From the NCBI RefSeq assembly GCF_002075285.3, contig NZ_CP021983.2, forward strand, positions 2,490,001 to 2,522,000: 32,000 nt of DNA, in the 5' to 3' direction. Positions 19,754-27,228 of this stretch are shown here, one piece after another. This stretch comes from Halomicronema hongdechloris C2206. Its GTDB lineage: Bacteria; Cyanobacteriota; Cyanobacteriia; Phormidesmidales; Phormidesmidaceae. Each line of letters begins with the position of its first letter. Position 1 is the stretch's first letter. The position numbers were made by a program, and so were the translations under genes. The notes under the pieces were generated by a model. That model was not told the DNA's origin, made no database searches, and saw nothing but the letters and a program-made list of their open reading frames with translations.

Positions 19754-20020
19754 ATGGCGCGAATTGTGGTTGAAACGACCTACGATCCTCCCATCAGTCA
19801 GGCGCTGTGGGATGAATTGGTGGAACGGGGCATGCCGTGTCTGGTGGAGCGCAATATCACTTGGAAGCAGACGTATTTGTCGTGCGATCGCAAACGCAGC
19901 ATCTGTGAACTGGAAGCCGCCGATGCCGACACGGTACGGGCCGCCTACCAGCGGGGAGATATTCCTTACGATCAGATTTGGTCGGCTGATTTAATTGAGA
20001 CCTTGCCCGCCACGATTTAG
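19754..20020 (+). CDS. DUF4242-like small protein
   Basis: 88-aa ORF with the pattern ITWKQTYLSCDRKRSICELEAADADTVRAAYQRGDIPYDQIW, typical of DUF4242 proteins. It starts 13 nt after the SARP regulator stop. Confidence 0.45.
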   Translation: MARIVVETTYDPPISQALWDELVERGMPCLVERNITWKQTYLSCDRKRSICELEAADADTVRAAYQRGDIPYDQIWSADLIETLPATI

Positions 20021-20075
20021 CTAGCCGTCTAGGCTATACCCGAGGACCTAAAAATGCTGTTGGCTTACAGCTATA

Positions 20076-20104
20076 GCAACTGTCCTCAGCCTAGGGACAG
20101 TTGC
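20076..20104 (+). terminator. Perfect 10-bp stem / 9-nt loop hairpin downstream of the DUF4242 gene
   Basis: GCAACTGTCC (20076-85), loop tcagcctag, then GGACAGTTGC (20095-104). No U-tract follows, so terminator function is uncertain. Confidence 0.35.
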
Positions 20105-20455
20105 AGTCAGGTAGCTCCCTAGGCGAGGAGTCCCCCGAGCGATTCCCAATGCCCTAAGCGACCTGACAAACGCAATAGGACAGTTCGCCGATAACTTCAG
20201 GTGTTTTCCTCGTCCAAATGTGCAATACCCGAAAAAAGGGACTCGGCTCGTTATACCGAAACAGATTCAATGATCAGAACGAGTGACATGACGCTTTGAC
20301 CATGACTGTTCAGGTACCTGACCTGTCAGCCTGGGCCACCCAGTTATCAGTGAATGCTTGCTGGTTGCAAACTCCAGTTACCGAACATCTAGGGAACGCT
20401 CAAAGTACGGATAGGGGACGGTCCGGTTTCTAAGGTTGAATCATGTAATCCAACT

Positions 20456-21601
20456 GTGGAAACCATGATGACAACACCGGACACCCTCATCCCAACCGAT
20501 TCTCAAGCGGCTCCTCCTTTTGACCCCGATAAAGCCGAAGCCTTCGCGGGTAGTCTGCTAGCCACCCTGAATGCTGGTGGGCTGTCGCTGATGATTTCTA
20601 TCGGTCATCGTACCCACTTATTCGACGTGCTGGCCGACCTGCATCCGGCCACCAGTCAGGAGGTTGCCGATGCGACCTATTTGCAAGAACGCTACGTGCG
20701 GGAGTGGCTCAACGCGATGACTGTGGGTCGAATTGTCAATTACGACCCGGCTAGCCAGACCTACCACTTGCCCACCGAACACGCCGCTTTTCTCACCCGC
20801 GCTGCTAAAGCAGACAATATTGCCAGCATTTTCCAGCATATTGCGAGCTTGGGCCTAGTCGAAGATGCAATCGTCCGCTGCTTTTTGGCCGGCGGCGGCG
20901 TGCCCTATGCAGAATTCACCCGCTTCCATGCGGTGATGGCAGAAGACAGCGGCCAGACCGTTGTCGCTGCCCTGGAAGATCAGATTTTGCCCATCGTGCC
21001 AGGTCTGGTGGATCGGCTGAAAGCAGGGATTGACGTGCTGGATGTGGGCTGTGGCTCTGGGCGAGCGCTCAACAAGCTGGCCCAGCTATTCCCGGCCAGT
21101 CGGCTGGTGGGCTACGACATTTCAGAAGACACCATTGCGATCGCCACCAATGAAGCTCAGGCGGCTGGCCTCACCAATGTGCGCTTTCAGGTGAAAGATG
21201 CTGCCCAAATTGACGAAGTCGAACGCTACGACCTGATCACCAGCTTCGATGCCGTTCACGACCAGGCCCGTCCTAACGAGGTACTGCGCAAAATCTACAC
21301 CGCTCTGCGTCCAGAAGGTGGGGTCTACCTGATGCAGGATATCCGCGCCTCCAGCCAGGTGCAAAATAACCTGGACCATCCCATGGCCCCGTTCCTGTAC
21401 ACCATTTCCTGCATGCACTGCATGACGGTGTCGCTGGCTGAGGGTGGCATGGGGCTGGGCACCATGTGGGGCCGCGAACAGGCGATGGAAATGCTGGCAG
21501 AAGTAGGCTTTCAACAGGTTGAGCTGAAGGAACTGCCCCACGACATCGTCAACGACTATTACGTGATTCGCAAGGGCGTGATTCGCAAAGGAGGGGCGTG
21601 A
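20456..21601 (+). CDS. Class I SAM-dependent methyltransferase with an N-terminal helical/winged-helix-like domain
   Basis: Motif I VLDVGCGSGRALNKLAQ, then GYDISE and DLITSFDAVHD. The real start is probably the ATG at 20465/20468 rather than the GTG at 20456. Confidence 0.75.
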   Translation: METMMTTPDTLIPTDSQAAPPFDPDKAEAFAGSLLATLNAGGLSLMISIGHRTHLFDVLADLHPATSQEVADATYLQERYVREWLNAMTVGRIVNYDPASQTYHLPTEHAAFLTRAAKADNIASIFQHIASLGLVEDAIVRCFLAGGGVPYAEFTRFHAVMAEDSGQTVVAALEDQILPIVPGLVDRLKAGIDVLDVGCGSGRALNKLAQLFPASRLVGYDISEDTIAIATNEAQAAGLTNVRFQVKDAAQIDEVERYDLITSFDAVHDQARPNEVLRKIYTALRPEGGVYLMQDIRASSQVQNNLDHPMAPFLYTISCMHCMTVSLAEGGMGLGTMWGREQAMEMLAEVGFQQVELKELPHDIVNDYYVIRKGVIRKGGA

Positions 21602-21769
21602 TGTGTCAGCTCTGCAGCCTGGCGAACCTGGTGAATCGCGGCTCGCCGCTCGGAGCCCAGCCTCAATCTCTTTCGAGTTGGGGTGCTCTGCAAACGTCAG
21701 GGCCGCTGCGATCTAACTATCCCGCCGATTCTACTCAGCCTTTCCCACTCCCCAAGGAGCCAATCCCCC

Positions 21770-22975
21770 ATGACTGTTATACAAGACCGCTATCCAACTA
21801 AGATCTCCGACTGGCCGACAGACCCTAGAGCCATCGCCCATGAAGTTGCCAATGACCTCAGTCAAACCGAGCAAGATCGCGATCGCATCGCGGGCATTCC
21901 CGATGACGAAGTCCCGCTACTGAAAGAGTCCGGGCTGCTGCCCTTGATGGTGCCCAAAGCCCATGGCGGTGCTGGGGCCAGCTGGCCAGAAGCCATGGAC
22001 ATCGTCAAGATCCTAGCCAAAGCGGATAGTTCGACCGCTCAGCTCTACGGCTATCACCTGCTGCTGTCGGTGGTGCCCCACCTGATTGGCACTACCGAAC
22101 AAGCCACTCATTACTATCGGGAAACGGCCCAGCACAATATCTTTTGGGCCAACGCCATCAACACCCGCGACAGGCGGTTAAAGTTGGAGCCCGACGGGAA
22201 TGGATTTCGAGCCATCGGTATCAAAACCTTTTGCACCGGAGCCGTGGTGGCAGACCGACTGATTTGTGCCGCCGCCCAACCGGGTAATCCGCTGCCTGCC
22301 ATGGTTGTGGTTCCTGGCAATCGCGCTGGCCTCACCTATAACCACGACTGGGATGTGTTGGGGCAGCGCCGCACCGCCAGCGGTAGCTTTACCTTTGAGA
22401 ATGTGCGGGTAGAGCCCGCCGAAATCCTGGGACCACCGCCGAATCTGGAGAGTGCCTTCCCCACCGTGCTGGGGGTAGGCGGCCTGCTGGTGCTGTCGGC
22501 AATTTTTACAGGGATTGCCGAAGGGGCGCTGGAAACCACCCTCGCCTACACCCAGACCAAAGCTCGCCCCTGGGAAACCGCCACGGTGGAAAAGGCCACA
22601 GACGATCCCTATGCGCTGCGCCGATATGGCGAACTGTGGGCGCAGCTGCAAGGGGCGATCTCCCTTACCCAGCAGGCCACGGCCCAGTTCCAGTGGGCCT
22701 GGGATAAAGAACAAGCTCTGACCTATGCAGAACGCGGCGAAGTTGCCATTGCTGCCGCCGCCGCCAAAACCCTATCTATCCAGGTGGGGTTGGCCATCAC
22801 TAACCAGATGTTTGACCTGATGGGGGCGCGATCAGTCGCTAATCGCTATGGCTATGACCATTACTGGCGCAACCTGCGCACCCTGACCCTACACGACCCG
22901 CTGGACTACAAGCTGTTCGACATCGGCAACTGGGTGGTGAATGGCACAGCCCCAGTCCCCAGTTCTTATGCGTAA
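21770..22975 (+). CDS. Acyl-CoA dehydrogenase-fold flavin monooxygenase (SfnB/DszC-like)
   Basis: The start at ATG 21770 has AAGGAG at 21754-59. The sequence LLKESGLLPLMVPKAHGGAGASWPEAMDIVKILAKADSSTAQLYGYH and the C-terminal RNLRTLTLHDPLDYK are typical of this family. The track ORF start (21683) is probably too far upstream. Confidence 0.7.
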   Translation: MTVIQDRYPTKISDWPTDPRAIAHEVANDLSQTEQDRDRIAGIPDDEVPLLKESGLLPLMVPKAHGGAGASWPEAMDIVKILAKADSSTAQLYGYHLLLSVVPHLIGTTEQATHYYRETAQHNIFWANAINTRDRRLKLEPDGNGFRAIGIKTFCTGAVVADRLICAAAQPGNPLPAMVVVPGNRAGLTYNHDWDVLGQRRTASGSFTFENVRVEPAEILGPPPNLESAFPTVLGVGGLLVLSAIFTGIAEGALETTLAYTQTKARPWETATVEKATDDPYALRRYGELWAQLQGAISLTQQATAQFQWAWDKEQALTYAERGEVAIAAAAAKTLSIQVGLAITNQMFDLMGARSVANRYGYDHYWRNLRTLTLHDPLDYKLFDIGNWVVNGTAPVPSSYA

Positions 22976-22983
22976 CCATCGAC

Positions 22984-24273
22984 CCCTTAGTGGCGCAGAG
23001 AAGTGCTGAAAGTGCTGCTGTATAAGGACTCTCAAATAGGACAAGAGGGTATTTCATGAGAAGCTGAAGTTCCCCAACTACCGCTAACCTCATGGAAACG
23101 CCTATCGTCAACTGGAAGACCAATTACGTCAATGGGTCGAGCCCAAAGACCAACGCCATCTGCAGGGCTTCACTGAAATGCTGGCGGCCATCTTGCAATC
23201 TGGCCAGGCCTGCTTGGGGAAATGGATTCCTTACTTGGATCACCGCGGGTGTAGCGCCCGGGCTCACTTGGAACGTGTAAGCTATTTTCTCCGCAATGAG
23301 CAGATCACTGCGGAACGGGTCTACCGGCCCTTGTTACGCCATGTGCTGCCCGCGTTTGCTGGGGAAGCTGTCCTGTTGACCTTGGATACGAGTCTGCTGT
23401 GGAATCACTGGTGCTTGATAGAGGTGTGCTTGGCTTGGGGCGGGCGGTCGCTCACGCTGACCCAACAGGTAATTGAACATCGCAGTGCCACCATCCGTTT
23501 TGAACAATACCACGGGGTGCTGGAGTGCGCCCGTCGAGCCTTACCGCCAGGGAGTCAGGTGACGCTTTTGGCCGACCGAGGCTTTGAACATGGAGACTTG
23601 ATCCGTTGGCTTAATCGCAATCACTGGAACTGGTCGATTCGCGTCAAGTCAGACTTGCTGGTCACCCTGGCCCAGGGGCGAACTCAACCCGTCGAGGCCC
23701 TCTGTCCACCGCCGAATCAGGCGTATCTCTTCCCCAACGTGCAGGTGCTTGAAGATATCAAGGCGCATCTGGCGACGGCCAACGTGCCGGACGCTCAAGA
23801 CACCTGGGCGGTGTTGTCGAACCAACCTCCCTCGCTACAGACCTTCGCGCTCTATGGCCAGCGGTTCGGTGGGATTGAGCCCCATTTTAAGGATTACAAG
23901 TCAGCAGCATTTGACCTCTTGGAGACGGGACTGCGGGAAGCCGAGATGCTGACCCGTTTAGTCATGCTGTTGGACGCCGCCTCGCTCATTGCCCTGATAC
24001 TTGGCCTGATGCTTGTCCACGCAAAACAGCGGGCTCGGATTGACTGGCATGGGGAGCGGGGGTTGAGTTTTCTGCAACTTGGTCTGCGTGAGTTGGCTCG
24101 GCTGTGCTACCAGCGATTACCTCTGCCCAAACTTCGGGCTTTGACCAAAGGCCATCCATCTCCGGCCTGTGCCTCACGCTGTAAACGTGAGGCCTTAGAT
24201 TGTCGCGTTGAGTTCTCTAAGGTCGTTGTGTTCTCATCTTGAGACTGTTCTGAGTTTTCTGCACCACTAAGGG
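22984..24273 (+). mobile_element. Complete IS4/IS701-like insertion sequence (~1.29 kb) with terminal inverted repeats
   Basis: IRL is CCCTTAGTGGCGCAGAGAA (22984-23002). IRR, as the reverse complement of 24255-24273, is CCCTTAGTGGTGCAGAAAA (17/19 identical). The element encloses a single DDE transposase gene. I could not identify a convincing target-site duplication. Confidence 0.8.
23178..24242 (+). CDS. DDE transposase (IS4/IS701-like); the 5' end is apparently frameshifted
   Basis: Motifs are LLTLDTS, LLADRGFEHGDLIRWL and YGQRFGGIEPHFKDYK (Y-R-E-K signature). The same frame stays open upstream to 23088 and encodes AYRQLEDQLRQWVEPKDQRHLQGFTE, a typical N-terminus for this family. The only nearby ATG (23092) is one base out of frame. 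Confidence 0.8.
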   Translation: MLAAILQSGQACLGKWIPYLDHRGCSARAHLERVSYFLRNEQITAERVYRPLLRHVLPAFAGEAVLLTLDTSLLWNHWCLIEVCLAWGGRSLTLTQQVIEHRSATIRFEQYHGVLECARRALPPGSQVTLLADRGFEHGDLIRWLNRNHWNWSIRVKSDLLVTLAQGRTQPVEALCPPPNQAYLFPNVQVLEDIKAHLATANVPDAQDTWAVLSNQPPSLQTFALYGQRFGGIEPHFKDYKSAAFDLLETGLREAEMLTRLVMLLDAASLIALILGLMLVHAKQRARIDWHGERGLSFLQLGLRELARLCYQRLPLPKLRALTKGHPSPACASRCKREALDCRVEFSKVVVFSS

Positions 24274-24577
24274 TTTTGACCTCAAGCAGACCCAGCCTAA
24301 CCTAAAATGGCCACACCGTTACTGTCCAGTGGTTCATCGCTTGTCATTGCCCGGATTCTGGGTTGCTGTTGAGCGCCACCCTGAAGCTGTCGTTGAGACG
24401 ACGGTTTAGATAAGGCAGCACCCGTTTCGATCGCATTACTGCTGAGCGGCATTTTGTGCGATCGGGCAGTGGTTGGCAGCAAAGACTTTATATAAAATCT
24501 TCGAGTGATTTATGAGAATAATGGAGCTCTGAACGCTTGTCAAAAGACATAGGCTATTAGTATCTCTTGACATAGAG

Positions 24578-24593
24578 TGTGATCTGAATCACA
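24578..24593. promoter_or_regulatory. Perfect CRP-family palindrome TGTGA-N6-TCACA
   Basis: TGTGATCTGAATCACA was read directly, and TTGACA lies just upstream at 24567-24572. The site sits in the ~1-kb AT-rich non-coding stretch upstream of the JAB gene. Confidence 0.4.
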
Positions 24594-25334
24594 TATTCAT
24601 CGAGTAAAAGCAATGAATGTGGATATTTAAAGGTTTTTTGAACAAAAGGCTGAGCTAGTGATCTCAAATGTTACCCTCTAGGGTAATAGCGCATCTTGAT
24701 TCTTTGGTAAATAATTGAGGCGTGCAAGAGTGAACCAGCAAGCCAACTGACATCGAACTGACTGGTTAGCATCTATCAGTATTTCAGCATCTACCAAAAC
24801 TATTCGGGCTCTTTGGACTAAACTATGCTGACTGCATTACTAAAAACCTCGAATCCCTTATGTAGCAATACTTGTAGGTCTTAGAAACTCAAACAGAGTC
24901 ACGAATGCCGCAAAATCCTGCGCCGTAAGGATTCTAGCGATTTTCAGGGCTGTATTGCATACCCTAGCCGGAAGACCCACTATTCGTGAAGCAAAAGCCA
25001 GGTTCCTTAGATGACTTTGAAGTGGAAACTTGAATAGTAAACCTCCGAGTTTCAACTTGTGGGCATTACCTTAGTATGCTGAATACGGTTAATGGCTTTT
25101 TCAGGCTCAGCATAAAAATTTTTGGCGATATGATTGCGAAGATTTCGCGGAAAGAGAATTTTGGCGAATAAATGCCTCACAAAGACTATCTTCCCTAATA
25201 AATCTTGCTTAGTAATACGTACAAGAATTTTGGAATCTCGAACAGTATGTGTAGTTCTGAAGAAGCACATAATTAGTGATAAAATTACGCAATCCAATGG
25301 GTGTACGGTATCTTTTTTGATTAGGTACGATTTT

Positions 25335-26282
25335 ATGGCTAGCTATAGCAAGCAGGGATCTAAATTTAAAGCCCTAGTCTATGAAGGTGAATTACAACGT
25401 ATTTCTGGTTGGGTTGAGGAATATCCGAATTTAGAAACGGGTGGAGATCTATTTGGATTCTGGACACATTCTGGATTCCCAGTTGTTCAATTTGTATTGG
25501 GTCCTGGCTCAAAAAGTAGACATAACCCAACCAGTTTTTACCAAGATAAAGATTACTTGGTTGAAAGTGGTAGTCTTCTCAGGAGTAAGCATGGCTTACA
25601 ACATATTGGAGAGTGGCATTCTCATCATCAACTTGGATTGGCTCAACCTAGTCAAGGAGATGAAAATACAGTTTTTAGAGCATTAGAAAAATACAAATTT
25701 CCCAAGTTTTTACTTTTCATTGCGAATTTAAGACCTAACTCAGGAAGTCGTTGCCAAAGAAGCAAATGGACGGTCAATGTAGGGAGCTTTTTATTCACCC
25801 GATCTATACCTAAGTATCAGGTTGGCCAATGGGTAGTTTTACCAGAAAATAGTCCAATTCGGTCAACTTTACATCAGAGCTGGCCTCAAAGTTCATCCTT
25901 TGAAAAAACTTGCCTCTCAAATAGTTGGAAGGTTGACCAAACCTCACTGGAAGCTGAAATCCTGGAGCCAACTCAACCAATTGAAATCGCTGAATATCTG
26001 TGGTACTCGAAACCAGAGGGACAAAATTTGCTGAAGGAAATTGATTCCGACCTAAAACAAGTCTTTAAAGACTGCCAAATGTTTCGAACAGTCACAGGAA
26101 GTATTTACTTTACTTTCAAATATGGTCTGGATTACTGGCGAGTTAACTTACCTAATAACTTTCCTGATTCATCACCAACATTACAAGTTAACGAGGGGGA
26201 ACCAATATCGATTGAAGAGTATTCTAGCCAAACAAACTTAATAAATGATTTGAAAATATACTTAAAAATTCGAATGAAATAA
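25335..26282 (+). CDS. JAB/MPN (JAMM) metalloprotease with C-terminal E2/UEV/RWD-like extension
   Basis: The preferred start is the ATG at 25335 (MASYSKQG...), because the upstream part of track ORF 25134 is low-complexity. The JAMM motif is ETGGDLFGFW ... GEWHSHHQLGLAQPSQGD (25617-25661). The C-terminal SIYFTFKYGLDYWRVNLPNNFPDSSPTLQV parallels the flap region of the next gene. Confidence 0.8.
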   Translation: MASYSKQGSKFKALVYEGELQRISGWVEEYPNLETGGDLFGFWTHSGFPVVQFVLGPGSKSRHNPTSFYQDKDYLVESGSLLRSKHGLQHIGEWHSHHQLGLAQPSQGDENTVFRALEKYKFPKFLLFIANLRPNSGSRCQRSKWTVNVGSFLFTRSIPKYQVGQWVVLPENSPIRSTLHQSWPQSSSFEKTCLSNSWKVDQTSLEAEILEPTQPIEIAEYLWYSKPEGQNLLKEIDSDLKQVFKDCQMFRTVTGSIYFTFKYGLDYWRVNLPNNFPDSSPTLQVNEGEPISIEEYSSQTNLINDLKIYLKIRMK

Positions 26283-26297
26283 AAGGTTGATAAAGTT

Positions 26298-26762
26298 ATG
26301 AATTGGAGTAAGATCCAGCAAAAACGTTTACTGATAGAGAAGGAAATTCTCAAGAAGTACTTCCCTGCATTTAAGTGGGTTAATCCTACTGATTCCAGTA
26401 ATACAAGAATAGAAGGCAACGTATGCACTAATTCTATGAAACTGTACACTCTCAGAGTGTATATACCTTCAGATTTTCCTAATTCACGTCCTGATATGGT
26501 TGTAACCTTGCCATATCCTCTTGAAGGATGTTCAGGAAATGACTTGAAAGATTATGGTGCGAGTTCAAGTATGCACACGCTGGATCCAAGAGATGGCTAT
26601 GTTCAAATTTGTCACTATAAAGATTGGACAGACAACCTAACCGTTTACTTGGTTGTCTTAAAAGGAAGAATTTGGCTTGAAGCATATGAAGCACACAAAC
26701 GTACTGGACAACCTTTGGACCACTTCTTACCTCATATGCTTGGTGGTGCAGAAAACTCCTGA
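26298..26762 (+). CDS. Stand-alone prokaryotic E2-like (UBC-fold) protein
   Basis: The N-terminal helix is QQKRLLIEKEILKKYFP. The beta-meander plus flap is KLYTLRVYIPSDFPNSRPDMVV. An HPN-like MHTL has His93 (26574-76), and the candidate catalytic Cys105 lies in VQICHYKDW (26610-12). The gene starts 15 nt after the JAB stop. Confidence 0.7.
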   Translation: MNWSKIQQKRLLIEKEILKKYFPAFKWVNPTDSSNTRIEGNVCTNSMKLYTLRVYIPSDFPNSRPDMVVTLPYPLEGCSGNDLKDYGASSSMHTLDPRDGYVQICHYKDWTDNLTVYLVVLKGRIWLEAYEAHKRTGQPLDHFLPHMLGGAENS

Positions 26763-26790
26763 AACCCTTATGGATAAAGGATTCTCATTA

Positions 26791-26906
26791 AGACCGTCAT
26801 TTTTGGCTTTCTCAAAAAATTGGACGAGGGCAGTAGGTTTCAGCCGATGTTTTGGCTGTTCAAGCCATCCACTGTGAGACTCAAAAAAGTTTTCTGCACC
26901 ACTGAG
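26791..26906 (+). mobile_element. Truncated 3' end, including the right inverted repeat, of a second diverged copy of the IS at 22984-24273
   Basis: gttttctgcaccactgag (26889-26906) matches gttttctgcaccactaag (24254-24271) at 17/18 positions. TGAGACT, including the transposase stop codon, sits at the same offset in both copies (26875-81 vs 24240-46). The upstream frame ...AVGFSRCFGCSS..* loosely parallels ...RVEFSKVVVFSS*. Confidence 0.6.
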
Positions 26907-27031
26907 CCTCATATGTAATGAACAAATATATACTTGCAATGGAAAATTGAAACCATAGCATATCAGTTTTTGAACAAATCTATCCTGCCTCTACGTAATT
27001 ATTTCAGTGAACATTAAGGAGGACAAATCCA

Positions 27032-27223
27032 ATGACAGATTCTCAAAATGTGCAGGAACATCTAGAGATTATGACTGAAGAAGGGGCTGCGCCACCCAAC
27101 CAAGAACTCGTTTTCGACCCAACAACAGGCCAGCTAGTTGTAAAGAGCATAAGTGATCCTAAGCCTAATCCTGATGCTGTGACTGCGACCCAAATTGCTG
27201 AAGATGGTTTCTTCCAGGAGTAG
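27032..27223 (+). CDS. Small (63 aa) acidic, proline-rich protein of unknown function located 5 nt upstream of the E1-like gene
   Basis: A strong SD, AAGGAGG (27016-22), lies 9 nt upstream of the ATG. The stop is 5 nt before the E1-like ATG. The sequence is MTDSQNVQEHLEIMTEEGAAPPNQELVFDPTTGQLVVKSISDPKPNPDAVTATQIAEDGFFQE. I recognise no family. Confidence 0.6.
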   Translation: MTDSQNVQEHLEIMTEEGAAPPNQELVFDPTTGQLVVKSISDPKPNPDAVTATQIAEDGFFQE

Positions 27224-27228
27224 TAGTT

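Noticed and set aside
21598-21801. ORF 21598-21801 and the 5' extension of ORF 21683 upstream of 21770.
   Set aside because: Both are Pro/Ser/Leu-rich with no motif. The ATG at 21770 has a well-placed AAGGAG, and the conserved ACAD-like sequence begins there.
24297-24482. ORF 24297-24482 (-) in the GC-rich sliver between the IS and the AT-rich island.
   Set aside because: It is low-complexity (Q/S/A-rich) with no motif and starts at a non-ATG codon. It is more likely leftover backbone sequence next to the IS insertion.
24858-25297. Two consecutive minus-strand ORFs (25052-25297 and 24858-25055) in the AT-rich leader, considered as a split integrase or transposase gene.
   Set aside because: I could see no recombinase, DDE or other family motif. 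One starts with TTG. The composition is consistent with random ORFs in AT-rich non-coding DNA.
26677-26939. ORFs 26677-26877 (+) and 26727-26939 (-) between the E2 gene and the small ORF.
   Set aside because: They overlap the IS-end remnant. The plus-strand one is best explained as the leftover 3' end of a transposase frame fused to out-of-frame E2 sequence, and the minus-strand one has no recognisable features.
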